A DNA stretch of 64,000 nt from Candidatus Woesearchaeota archaeon (GTDB lineage Archaea; Nanobdellota; Nanobdellia; Woesearchaeales; DSVV01), in assembly GCA_018657385.1 (NCBI GenBank), contig JABHXF010000009.1, positions 2,554-66,553 of the forward strand, read 5' to 3'. Shown here piece after piece: positions 20,338-32,700 of this stretch. Below the pieces are notes generated by a model. That model was given only the letters and a program-made list of their open reading frames with translations, was not told where the DNA came from and searched no databases. Made by a program: the position numbers and the translations under genes. How positions within the stretch are numbered: the first letter of the stretch is position 1; each line of letters begins with the position of its first letter.

Positions 20338-22521
20338 ATGCCAAACCAAACTATAGTTAATTTCATTAAACAGCATGTTAAACAAGGTTATAGTATTGAG
20401 CAGATTAAAGATTATTTGAAAAAGTATGGATTTAAAGAAAAAGAAATGGAAGAAGCTATTGATTTCTATTACCAAGAGCAAAATAAACATAAAAAAGCAA
20501 ATAAAGAAGCAAAAAAATCAGGAACATCTGGTCAAGCTAGCCCACAATTAATTACTTATGTCAAAGATAATTTGGCAAAAGGATATGATGAACAACAAAT
20601 TAGAAATTACTTATTGCAATATGGTTATGATCATAGTACAGTAGAACAAGCAATGCATGCTGCACAACCCCACCATATTAAACATACATTAGAAATACAC
20701 CCAGCAACTGTAATGCATATTCTTTTGATTGTAGCTGTTATTGGTGGTCTCGTATTAGGTGGCTACTTTTTATTTGGAATATCTGATAGTACACCAGAAC
20801 TATTAGACTACTCTATTCAAGTAGATAATACAGATGTTAATCCAGGAGAAATGCTTTATTTTGTTAATAAAATTACAAATATGGGAGATAAAAGAAGATA
20901 TGATATTTTTATAGAATTTAAAATAATAAATAAAGATACATTAGATGAAATAACATCTTGGAGTAAAACATTTGCAATAGATGTTGTTGTTGACAAACCA
21001 GAATCTGTTCTTATTCCTGCAAATACTAAACCAGGAAAGTATTTATTACATGGAGAGGTTCATTATGGAGATATGAAAAATAAGGCATCTAACAGCTTTA
21101 AAATCCTTTCTACAGGTTCTCAACCAAGTTGTTTTGATAATATAAAAAATCAAGATGAACTTGGAATTGATTGTGGTGGAACATGTAATACATGTGAAAC
21201 ATGTTATGATGGAATCCAAAATCAAAATGAAGAAGGAACTGATTGTGGGGGAATATGTAATACATGTGAAACATGTTTTGATAATATAAAAAATCAAGAT
21301 GAAACAGGAATAGATTGTGGTGGAGTTTGTAATATACCATGTAGTGGAGAAGATAGTGAAGATGATAATGATTATAAAAAAGATTATGATAGTGATGTGG
21401 ATGAAGATTATAGTTATACACCAAGTGTTTATGATGGTGGTAAAGCAAATATAGTTGAACAAATAATAGAAGCAAAAGAATTAGCTAAAACAAATCCAGG
21501 CAATGCATTAGGTATTTGTAATAATTTAGTGGTTAAATCATCAACAGACAGCTGTATTACCAGTGTTGCTAAAATTAGTAATCAATCTAGTTATTGTTAT
21601 CAAATTAATAATGACAAAAAATTAGATGCGTGTTACATGTATTTTGTAACAAATTATAATGATTATACATTATGTGATAGTATTGTAAATGATTTATATA
21701 AAAGTAGTTGTGATAATCTGAAAAAATTAGCTAATCTGCAGAAAAATTATGGAGAAAAAACAGAACCAGGAACACAACAAGGTAGTGGTTCACAAGTTGT
21801 ACTGCCTGGAGATATAAAACCAACATCATCTCCAGATCCAGTTGGTGTTCCATCAAGTAGTGGGGATTTATTTAATAATGTTAAAGTACAACAAATTGAT
21901 GCAACATCTTATGTAATTACATGGACAACTGGTACAAGTGAAAAAAGTGTTGTTAAGTATGGAACAAAACCACATCTACTTAAAAAAACAGAATTTGATT
22001 TTACTTCTACTAAAAATCATGAAGTTACATTAAGTAATCTTGATCCTGCTAAAAAATATTATTTTGCAATGAACACTGTTATAGCTAATAATATAGTTGA
22101 GAGTGATGTTTATGATTTAAGTACTGGAAATAAATGGATTGTTACATCAGAGCCAGTTCAAGAACCTTCACCTCTTGAACCTACTCCTGGACCAACTCCA
22201 TCTCCACAACCTGGTCCTGAACCTACTCCAGATCCTACACCAACTCAACAAATACAATTTAACAGTATGAAAGCAATAAAAGTTGGTTATGGCACATATA
22301 AAATAAGTTGGACAACTAATTTTGCTACAGCAAGTATTCTAAAATATGGAAAACATCCAGATGTATTAGTAAATGTTGAATCTGATGCAGAAGAAAAAAC
22401 ATCACATAGTATTACTATTTCTAGTTTAGAATTAAACAAAAAATATTATTATCAAGTTGCTGGTATTGTAAATGAAATTGCAATTGGTAGTGAAGTTGAA
22501 AGTTTTGATGTAGAAATTTAA
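20338..22521 (+). CDS. Membrane-anchored surface protein with CxDxxxNQDExGxDCGG repeats and two FN3-like domains
   Basis: Two N-terminal GY-x-x-x-QI helical repeats, one TM, three CFDNIKNQDE..DCGG repeats, Cys-pair helical repeats, two ITWTT..HxVTL FN3-like domains and a Pro-rich linker. Confidence 0.85.
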   Translation: MPNQTIVNFIKQHVKQGYSIEQIKDYLKKYGFKEKEMEEAIDFYYQEQNKHKKANKEAKKSGTSGQASPQLITYVKDNLAKGYDEQQIRNYLLQYGYDHSTVEQAMHAAQPHHIKHTLEIHPATVMHILLIVAVIGGLVLGGYFLFGISDSTPELLDYSIQVDNTDVNPGEMLYFVNKITNMGDKRRYDIFIEFKIINKDTLDEITSWSKTFAIDVVVDKPESVLIPANTKPGKYLLHGEVHYGDMKNKASNSFKILSTGSQPSCFDNIKNQDELGIDCGGTCNTCETCYDGIQNQNEEGTDCGGICNTCETCFDNIKNQDETGIDCGGVCNIPCSGEDSEDDNDYKKDYDSDVDEDYSYTPSVYDGGKANIVEQIIEAKELAKTNPGNALGICNNLVVKSSTDSCITSVAKISNQSSYCYQINNDKKLDACYMYFVTNYNDYTLCDSIVNDLYKSSCDNLKKLANLQKNYGEKTEPGTQQGSGSQVVLPGDIKPTSSPDPVGVPSSSGDLFNNVKVQQIDATSYVITWTTGTSEKSVVKYGTKPHLLKKTEFDFTSTKNHEVTLSNLDPAKKYYFAMNTVIANNIVESDVYDLSTGNKWIVTSEPVQEPSPLEPTPGPTPSPQPGPEPTPDPTPTQQIQFNSMKAIKVGYGTYKISWTTNFATASILKYGKHPDVLVNVESDAEEKTSHSITISSLELNKKYYYQVAGIVNEIAIGSEVESFDVEI

Positions 22522-23065
22522 GTCTTTTCCCTATTCTGTTATAGGGTGGGAAGAAGGGGTTCTTGGAGGATTGTATTGTTTGTGAAGGTTCTTTTAATTA
22601 ATTTGAAATTACTAACTGAATTTATTTTAAGTATGAAAAAACAACAACAATAATATAAAAATAAAAAATTCAGTAGAAACACACAAAAATAATCCAGACT
22701 TCATCGAGATTATTGAGCTTCCAAACAAGTTTGAAAGTACTCCGAATCTAGTTAAAAAAGGATTTTTACTAAAAAACATTTTTCTAACTGAAATATTTAA
22801 TTTGACTCTATTTTCTCCGGAAAATTTCCAAAGAAATTGGAAATATTTCATATATAATTTGTATTCTGAAAATTTTCTGACTAATTCCGAAAAACTTTCA
22901 ATCTCGTCGGAGAATTTACAAAAAATATTCAATCAAACTTATTAAGAAGTTAGTTTATAAAAAATTAAGTGCCTAATGTGGCACCTGCTGAAAAGCAAAT
23001 AAAACCTCACCAAATATATTATTATCAAAACAAATATATAAAATTTTTGTTTTGGGATATGCAAT

Positions 23066-23173
23066 GCCAGAGTAAGCCTAATGGTAAGGCACCTGTTTGA
23101 AAAGCAGGCGAGACCTCACCGTCCCTTGCGGGTTCAAGGTCAATGGGGGTTGATGAAATTCCCGTCTCTGGCG
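23066..23173 (+). tRNA. Class II (Ser-type body) tRNA with GAA anticodon and a 21-nt intron at position 59/60
   Basis: GCCAGAG/CTCTGGC plus G73; GCC/GGC D stem; CCTGT-TTGAAAA-GCAGG anticodon arm; 19-nt variable arm; T stem GCGGG/CCCGT interrupted by a BHB intron at 23139-23159. Confidence 0.85.
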
Positions 23174-23189
23174 CATTTTATCCTTTTTT

Positions 23190-23272
23190 AACTGGCCGAC
23201 AGGCTACTTTTGTTCTGTTTTTAATTTATTAAAAAGAAAAAATTCATGAGCTACATTGGCTTCGCCCTAGTT
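23190..23272 (+). repeat. Family C copy (23190-23217, inverted relative to 6005) followed by a family B-like motif (23240-23272)
   Basis: AACTGGCCGACAGGCTACTTTTGTTCTG then AAATTCATGAGCTACATTGGCTTCGCCCTAGTT; same order as 6036 to 5928 read on the minus strand. Confidence 0.65.
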
Positions 23273-23283
23273 AAAAAAAAAAT

Positions 23284-24078
23284 CTATCCAATATAAGACA
23301 TTTCACTCTTTAATTTGCCTTTTAGCTTATTAATAGCTGTATCATTACTAACTTCTGCTAATTCTTGAGTTGTTTTTAGCATCTCTTTTTCTAATCCTGT
23401 AATTTCTTTATCTAATTCTTTCAAATTTACTTTCAATGCTAACTTTTTCTCTAAAATTTTTAGAATTTCTCTTGCTCCTTTCACTCCTAAATACATTGGA
23501 TGACCAATTGTCTCTGCTAATAAAGCAATTGCATCTATTTTTGCTAATCCTACTAACAAACCAGTAACACCAACTATTGGACCAACAACACCATATATTT
23601 TACTTGTTGCTTTTGTATTAGTTGTATATTTCTTAACTATTTTCTCATTATTACCTGTACAATATACTTTTGGAGTTTTTGGAACATCTTGTAGTCCTAT
23701 CCCCCCTAAAGTAATTATTTCTTTACAACCAGTTTTATGACATAAATCTAAGATTGCTTCGCAAAATTCATAAGAACTTTCTTCATCAATGGGTTGAACA
23801 TCTCCAACTAGCATAATTAAATCATTTTTCTTTTTGTCATTGAATTTTTTATAATAAATATTAATTGAAGATAACTCTACTAAGTTTTTATCATTAACAA
23901 AAACTGAATGAGGCATTGTATTAGAAAAAACACTATATAATTTCTTTGCCTTAAGATCATCAACTAGAAAATCAACAACTACTTTACCAACATTACCCAT
24001 ACCTGGCAATCCCTCTAAGAAAACAGGATTGTTAAACTTTGGTAAATTTTTTTCTTTTAATGTTAATTTCCATTTCAT
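23284..24078 (-). CDS. PAC2-family proteasome assembly chaperone
   Basis: EGLPGMGNVGK, GDVQP, IITLGG, GPIVGVTGLL, LLAET; adjacent to nop10 as is usual in archaea. Confidence 0.92.
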   Translation of the reverse strand: MKWKLTLKEKNLPKFNNPVFLEGLPGMGNVGKVVVDFLVDDLKAKKLYSVFSNTMPHSVFVNDKNLVELSSINIYYKKFNDKKKNDLIMLVGDVQPIDEESSYEFCEAILDLCHKTGCKEIITLGGIGLQDVPKTPKVYCTGNNEKIVKKYTTNTKATSKIYGVVGPIVGVTGLLVGLAKIDAIALLAETIGHPMYLGVKGAREILKILEKKLALKVNLKELDKEITGLEKEMLKTTQELAEVSNDTAINKLKGKLKSEMSYIG

Positions 24079-24135
24079 TTTTGTTATTTAAGATAGGTTT
24101 TCGTTACGAAGAACGAACAACGAATAACCTTTATT

Positions 24136-24303
24136 TTATAATAATCCTTGCTCCTTTCTTTCCTTTTCCTTAACTTCCCTTCTATACTTCCCATATTTAT
24201 CATCTGGAGAGTACTTAGGTGGTTTAGGATCAATTGTAGTCTTCCCACAACATTCCTCTTTCATAGTATAACCATGTTCAGGACATTTCTTAATATGTTT
24301 CAT
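24136..24303 (-). CDS. nop10: H/ACA RNP protein Nop10
   Basis: Below the ORF-track cutoff; translates to MKHIKKCPEHGYTMKEECCGKTTIDPKPPKYSPDDKYGKYR..., with the YT and PPKYSPDDKYGKYR signature. Confidence 0.92.
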   Translation of the reverse strand: MKHIKKCPEHGYTMKEECCGKTTIDPKPPKYSPDDKYGKYRREVKEKERKEQGLL

Positions 24304-24392
24304 GTTATAAAAGTTAGGGGTGGTGTTTAAATAGTTTTTGGCTGATTAGGGTTATAATTTATAGATAATTAATAAGTACAAATAAAAAATAT

Positions 24393-24409
24393 AAATTCAT
24401 GAGCTACAT
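24393..24409 (+). repeat. 17-bp direct repeat AAATTCATGAGCTACAT
   Basis: Identical to 23240-23256. Confidence 0.75.
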
Positions 24410-24457
24410 ATCGTCAGGAATCAGTAAAAAAAAGAATTATAGATTTAGAAAAAAGAA

Positions 24458-26665
<2,208 letters not shown>

Positions 26666-26787
26666 TCAAAAATAGATTTTCTCGACGAGAAAAAACATCT
26701 TAATTTACTAAAATTGAATGTGTTTTTGTTTATAAACTTTTTGATTTTCAAGTATAATATTCATGTCAAAAACAACATGGCTGTGTG

Positions 26788-26880
26788 AGAAAATTACAAC
26801 ATTGGCCAGGCGAGACGAAGTCGAGTAGGATATTTTCTCAAAGAAAATGTCCGTCTGTGCCAATCTTGTTGTTATTTTCT
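26788..26880 (+). repeat. Family A palindromic element copy 2, lying between fragments of another copy (26768-26781 and 26936-26974)
   Basis: TTGGC-CAGGC-GA-GAC(GAA)GTC-GAGTA-GGATATTTTCT(CAA)AGAAAATGTCC-GTCTG-T-GCCAA. Confidence 0.9.
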
Positions 26881-26902
26881 TAATATATATTAAAAATTCA
26901 GT

Positions 26903-26926
26903 AGAAACATGGACTCCATCCCTAGT
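26903..26926 (+). repeat. Family B variant
   Basis: AGAAACATGGACTCCATCCCTAGT; same ends as 34628-34651 with a different internal stem (GGA/TCC). Confidence 0.7.
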
Positions 26927-27074
26927 AAAATTAAAAGAAAAAGTCCGTCTGTGCCTTGGTTGTTGTTGTTTTTTACTGAGAATTAAAAAAAATTACAAGA
27001 ATAAGGCCCTAGCAGTGATGATTTCTCTATTAATTAAAACAAAGAATATCTAAAATTATCAAAATAAAAATGTC

Positions 27075-27398
27075 CTAAAACAAAGTAATACCACTAAACC
27101 AATAAACTATTACCCAGAATAAGGCTATAATACCTAATTGTATTAGCCATGCAATTACAGCTCTAAACCATCCAATTCTAAACATTACTTTATAGACTAA
27201 TAACAAGATCACGAATGATAATAATCCTGCAAAATTATCAACTTTCAACCCAATGATATAACTTAAAACAGCAACAACCATATTTACTATTATTGCTTTA
27301 ATCCAATTAGATTTTCCCTCTAACATTTTAACAGCAATGTTCAATGGTATTGCAGAAATTGCAAAAGTTAATAACAAATAAAGTAATTTTGAAATCAT
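27075..27398 (-). CDS. Small membrane protein (about 4 TM)
   Basis: Hydrophobic 107-aa product starting at ATG 27398; the longer track start at 27473 lies inside a repeat. Confidence 0.7.
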   Translation of the reverse strand: MISKLLYLLLTFAISAIPLNIAVKMLEGKSNWIKAIIVNMVVAVLSYIIGLKVDNFAGLLSFVILLLVYKVMFRIGWFRAVIAWLIQLGIIALFWVIVYWFSGITLF

Positions 27399-27464
27399 AA
27401 TATTTCTTGATATGTTCTTATTTATATGTTTTTTGAGAAAAAGTCTTATTTTATGAATTAGAAG

Positions 27465-27566
27465 AAAATCCATTCATCCATGGCAGGGCTCACGGACTTT
27501 TTGCTTTGCAAAAAATCCTATTCAGCTCGTTACACTCGCTTCATCAGCCCGCCATGAATGGATTTT
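27465..27566 (-). repeat. Family A palindromic element copy 3 (divergent arms)
   Basis: Minus strand: AAAATCCATTCATGGCGGGCTGAT-GA-AGC..GCT-GAATA-GGATTTTTTGC(AAA)GCAAAAAGTCC-GTGAGCCCTGCCATGG..GAATGGATTTT. Confidence 0.85.
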
Positions 27567-27582
27567 TAGATTGGTGTTTTCT

Positions 27583-27696
27583 AAAAATCCAACAACAATG
27601 ACGCAGATGGGGGGAGGGTTGGCTCCTCTGGAGTCCCCCATAAGACAAATCGTTTACAATTTGACTGTCTGCTGTCTTTGTTGTTGTTGGATTTTT
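27583..27696. repeat. Element with family A terminal arms but an unrelated GC-rich interior
   Basis: AAAAATCCAACAACAATGACGCAGA...TCTGCTGTCTTTGTTGTTGTTGGATTTTT; arms match 34497-34592. Confidence 0.8.
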
Positions 27697-27878
27697 GATT
27701 TTTAATTATCTATTTTTATCATTTCACCAATCTCTACTTTACAATAAAAACAACATATAAACACACATAAAGTTATGAAAAGGATTATATATTAGCTAAT
27801 CTAGTACCTAGATATAATACAATTTGGCACATGTTAAGCTTTTCAAGTTTAACAATTCAAAAAGTGGAGGTAAATAAA

Positions 27879-28028
27879 ATGGCAGACAAATTAAGTTTCT
27901 ATGATGTAAAGGGTAAAACTAAATTTGAATCAGACAAATATGAAATCAAAGTAAGAAAAGGTCGAAAATTTGCAGTTGCAGATGCCCCATCAGGTATTAA
28001 AGCATGGAGAATCCTAGGAAGAGCATAA
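27879..28028 (+). CDS. CC1-like small basic chromatin protein (49 aa)
   Basis: MADKLSFYDVKGKTKFESDKYEIKVRKGRKFAVADAPSGIKAWRILGRA resembles Thermoproteales CC1 as recalled (KLKFYDIKAKQAFETDQYE..FAVAKSPYTGIKVYRLLG); GGAGGT SD at 27866; T-rich tract downstream. Confidence 0.75.
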   Translation: MADKLSFYDVKGKTKFESDKYEIKVRKGRKFAVADAPSGIKAWRILGRA

Positions 28029-28203
28029 ATTTATGCTTTCTTTTTAATTTTTTCTTTTAATTATTAAATTATAATGCTTTCTCAAAATTAACTATTTTTA
28101 CCACCTATTTTAGGTAAAAAGGCCATAATTGTTATCAATCGGTAAATAAATTATATAAATGGTGGGATGATTCTTTGTATATATATGAATTTGGGGGATT
28201 TTA

Positions 28204-29757
28204 ATGAGATTTAGGTGGCAAGAAGTATCTACATTGATTAGTTCTGCAGTACTTGGTGCAGCTGGTATGTTTACAGCAGGTGCTATTGGTTGTTTTGGTG
28301 AAAATGCACAAACCACAATAATTGATTATATTTCTCCTGAAACTGCAAATATTGAAACAATACCAGATAAAACAGCAGAAACATTAACATCTAAAGTTGA
28401 TAAACAAATACATGATGCTGCCATAGATACTGGAAATAGAGACAATACCCCACAAAACCCAAGTGATATTGAAAAAGTAATAATAGAAAATCCAAATAAT
28501 CTAAGCACACAAGATGATAGTAATTTAACCAAACATATTAATTATAAGCATAATAATGTGGTTATTCCATTTACTGGTTTATTAGAAAATAAATACTTTG
28601 AAAATTTTCTTATTAATTCTGGAATCTATAAATCCATGCTTAATATGCATATATCCCAATTATTAGAATCAATCCCAGCAGAGTTATTACCAAGAGAACA
28701 TACTAACAAATATTTTGAAAAGTTCTTTGAAGCATATTACAAAGAGATTAGAAAAAAAAGAAGAGAAATGGGTGTAGTAAGAGATTTTTTCTGCAGAGTT
28801 TATGATGAAAAAGCAGCAGCAATATGTAATAATTTTGAAGATCGTGCTTTATTTTTCCCTCAGCAATTATTTGTTATTGATAAATCTGAATTTAAAGCTT
28901 ATTATTTTGATTTTTCTACTGAAATTGATCTAAGCAAAATAATTGTAAGTGTTGATGGAAGAAGAACAGCATATGATATAATTGAAGAACCAGGAGAAAT
29001 AGTAGTTAAAACAAAATCATATAAAACCAGAGCAAAAGCAAGACCAACATTAGATGAAATAATTGATGGAAATGATCATGAAGTTAGTGTAATAGGAGTA
29101 AAAGAAGTTCAGAAACAATATTCAACTACCTTTGCTCATGATAATCTAATGATTTACTTTGATGATAATATGAATCCTGTTGCTTATTCAAAAGATGCTG
29201 GTAAAACACAAAAACTTTACAATTCAAAAAGATCTGAAAAAATTGCGAGAGCAATTAAAAAAGCTTTCTTAAAAAGAAAACAACAAAATGAAGATTCAGA
29301 AGGGACAATAGTTGCCCCTGAAATGATATATTCAGTTGCAATTGGTGAAGATGAATATAATCATTCAAAAAAAAATAAAACATCAATTACACCAAATGGA
29401 ATATTGTGGGTAGATAAGATGGAATTTAGCCCAACTGAATACTATAGAGCTTATTATGAAATGTTTTACAAAGATAATCCTAAAAAATATGAAGAGAAAA
29501 AAGATGCAGGTAAAAAATATGGACCTAGATTAATATCATTTAACGGACCACTTGAATTCCATGATTTAATTGCATTTCATGGAACTGCTCCAAATGTGCA
29601 ATGGAGTGTTGGTAAAGCAGAATCATGGGGATGCTTAAGAATGTATAATAACGAAAGAAACAGTAAAAGAGAAGGAGATCATATCCTAGATTTATTTGAC
29701 AGATTAATTAGTACAAAATATAAAGGTCTTGGTGTGCCAGTTGTTATTGTACCTTAA
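28204..29757 (+). CDS. YkuD/L,D-transpeptidase-family protein with lipoprotein-like signal and a large insertion
   Basis: LFVIDKS, YSVAIG, TPNG, YGPR, IAFHGT..VGKAESWGCLRMYN (His/Cys dyad), GVPVVI; N-terminal AIGC lipobox. Confidence 0.85.
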   Translation: MRFRWQEVSTLISSAVLGAAGMFTAGAIGCFGENAQTTIIDYISPETANIETIPDKTAETLTSKVDKQIHDAAIDTGNRDNTPQNPSDIEKVIIENPNNLSTQDDSNLTKHINYKHNNVVIPFTGLLENKYFENFLINSGIYKSMLNMHISQLLESIPAELLPREHTNKYFEKFFEAYYKEIRKKRREMGVVRDFFCRVYDEKAAAICNNFEDRALFFPQQLFVIDKSEFKAYYFDFSTEIDLSKIIVSVDGRRTAYDIIEEPGEIVVKTKSYKTRAKARPTLDEIIDGNDHEVSVIGVKEVQKQYSTTFAHDNLMIYFDDNMNPVAYSKDAGKTQKLYNSKRSEKIARAIKKAFLKRKQQNEDSEGTIVAPEMIYSVAIGEDEYNHSKKNKTSITPNGILWVDKMEFSPTEYYRAYYEMFYKDNPKKYEEKKDAGKKYGPRLISFNGPLEFHDLIAFHGTAPNVQWSVGKAESWGCLRMYNNERNSKREGDHILDLFDRLISTKYKGLGVPVVIVP

Positions 29758-32700
29758 CTACCATCTTTCTTATACACATATGCACCCTTTCTTGTGCCTT
29801 CTTCGATATCAGAAATATAAGCAATTTCTTTTCCAGATCTTCCTGTTAATAACCCATTTAAAACAATAGTTGCAGAATCCCCACTAATACTTCTCTCAGT
29901 AGTAATTGTGTTCACACCCCTACCTAAACCCCTTAATTTTGAACCTGTTCTTCTTTCACTCATACAACCAGATATACTAACCAAGGCAGGTTTCTGATCA
30001 TTGTTTAATTTTTTAATAGCTGGATAATTCCAAGGTCTAAATACACCTCTTTTGATACCTTCTTCATCTGTGCTAAAACTAAACCCAGAATATCTTCCAC
30101 CATATGTATGTGAACTTGTATGGAATACATCATAACCACCTTTTGCAAATTCATTAGCAGCATCTTGAGCAGTATATACTACAGTCATTTCAACTTCAAC
30201 ATCACTGCCATCTTTTGTTTTGTATTTTTTAGGTGAAGATCGTTTTATTTTTCTGTCATCAGCTAAAACACCATTGCTGTCATAAGTCATGGGAACAATC
30301 CTACCACCACTTTGTTTTTCTCGTGAAGCACCAGGTGCATATAATATTCTTATTTTACCATCATCCACCATATTCTCAAAATCAGGATGTAATTCTATGT
30401 AACCACCTTGTTCTTTAATTAAATCAGGGTTAACAAAAGCATCTACAAAATCAAGATCTGTTGATGGTGATATTGTTGGACCTATAAGTTTTTCTACTGA
30501 ATCTTCACCAGATATAAGTGCTTTTCTTGAAGGAAAATCAAAATATCTTCTATATAAATTATATTCACTTTCTGAAACTCTTTCACTAGGGTAAATAGAT
30601 TTGTCCTGTCTAAATGTTATTGGGAATGTTACTTCTTTTTCTTTATCAGGATCAACTGCAACAACTTTTTCTAATTTGCTTGTAGGTCCAGTATCACCTT
30701 TTGGTTTGTCTTCAAAAGATTTTTTAATAAGTTCCAAAGGGGCTTCTTGTTTTCCATTAGATGCTTCTGCAAATTTAATACTAGTATGTTTGTATAGTTC
30801 TCTCCCTTTTCTAACATTAGTATCACCAAAAATATCTGAAATAATTTCTCCTTTCTCAAACTTAATCTTAACCTCTGCATCAGTTGACTTACCTTCTACA
30901 ACTATTCTACCTTGAGAAGAGCTAAGAATCGCATTTAATGATTCTTGTCCAAAAAAACCATCAACACCAATTTTATTCCCATCTAAAACTTGTGTTTCCT
31001 GCCAGTCTTTAACTTTTGCAGATGTTTGTTTATCATAAACTCCTGTTTGTTTAGAACCAACAACTTTTTGTATATTAAGAATATCATTATATTTTCTTGA
31101 ACCTTTTGATGCTTTATCTCCAGGACTAAAATAACCTCTGCTTGGAAAATCCATAAAGTCCTTTACATTTCTGCCTAATGCTTTTTCATGCTGTACATAC
31201 GCCCCTGGAGACATACTTGTTTTAACATTTTTACCATGAGTTATAATTCCATCTTTTGTAAATCCAACATATTCAGAAGTTGAATAAAGTGGCTTTTTCA
31301 TGATTTTTTCTTGGTTAGGAAAAAATAATCGTGTTGCAAATTTATTATGGGGTGTTATTTCAACACCATTAACAGATAAAGTTTTTTCATCTGATTTACC
31401 AGAATAAAGATATAATCTTCTGGATGAACTAACATCATCATAATCATCAACAATAAATTCTCCTTCTAAATAAATTCCCTTCCTTCCCCTATATGGATCA
31501 GGTCCATAACTTTTTACTTTAGTAATTCCTTTGTTGTCTGTAGTGTAATATTCATAGCCACCTATTGTTGTAGCTTTTACTTTTTTAATTTTTGCACCAT
31601 GACCTTCAATTATAGGCGCGACTCTGTGTACTCTAGTTGCCCCACCAGATTGAATATTATAAGCAGTTGCATATTTATCATGCACTGTAATGATTGGAGG
31701 GACCCTTACCTTTTTACCAGCAATATCTACTTTCTCCCTCTCAAACTCGATTCCTTCAACTTCCCCAATTCTTCCAGTAAAAGAAGATGGTCCAACTTCA
31801 ATATCTCTTGCATCCCTTACATTAATTTCTCTTATTTTTCCTTTTTTAATAGAAATTCTACCATTATCACCATTAATTTTAATATCTCCTTCCAAAGGAA
31901 TTGCTTTTCTCAGGTCTTCTTCAACTATTTTTTTAGATTCTGCAAATTCATCTCCTACACTTTCTAATGTTTCTTCTTCAATTGTTAAAGCTTGAACTAT
32001 TTCATTATCACCATAAGCACCTACAAAATCATTCCAACCTTTACCTAAACCAGCCAAAGCTTTTTTAGCCACTTCCTTCTCTTTTGCTGTTTTAAAAACT
32101 TCTATTTCTTTTTCTTTTTTATATTTCAATATTAACTTAAGTTTCCCATTACTAGTAACTTCCATTGCATACTTATCTTTTGCACTACCTTTTTTTAAAT
32201 CATAAACATTAATTGTAGATCCTTTGCACTTTAACTTACCATCTGATGAGAAAGAGATAATATTACCACTAATTGCATTAACATCAACACCTTCTGCCCG
32301 AAGATATTTTGAAAAAATAATTTTCCCCTGTATATCATTATTAATATATTTCCCATTGTTCTTTATTAAATATTTCTTTGTTATTGCCCTATCCTTTGAT
32401 GTTAGTGGATGTAATGTTAAAAGATGTGATGCAAGTATTTCCCTATCATTTAAATCATTAAAATTTACATCATTAAGATATTTTCTTGCAACTTTATGAT
32501 TATCACCAGAGATACTAAGTGGAAGCATAAACCCTCTGAGATATTTTTTCATCAATACTCTGTCGGGGTTTTTTGTTTCTAAAAAATAATTCTTTGCACC
32601 TTCTGGATAAAAAAGCATTTTATTTGGATTGGCTTTAAAATAACTATAAGCTATTTGTGGCCTTGTTTTTAAAAATTCATCACCTAATGTAGTAATTGTA

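Noticed and set aside
22627..22932. 101-aa minus-strand ORF
   Set aside because: Non-ATG start, Phe/Ser-biased composition and no recognisable motif; probably non-coding.
23066..23173. tRNA-Sec, 8/4 allo-tRNA or Ser(TGA) reading
   Set aside because: The eighth acceptor pair would be T-T, so the fold is 7/5, and centring TGA in the loop destroys the anticodon stem.
24148..24330. 60-aa plus-strand ORF
   Set aside because: Antisense shadow of nop10.
26847..27053. Short ORFs over repeat elements (also 34484..34696 and 24399..24629)
   Set aside because: They run through palindromic repeats or antisense to real genes and lack ribosome-binding signals.
27465..27566. Hammerhead ribozyme (minus strand reads CTGATGA-stem-GAA)
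   Set aside because: The core continues GAAT rather than GAAA, and in other copies the equivalent bases (CAGGC, CGGAC, CAGAT) covary with the 3' strand, so they form a stem, not the unpaired catalytic core. Not excluded experimentally.
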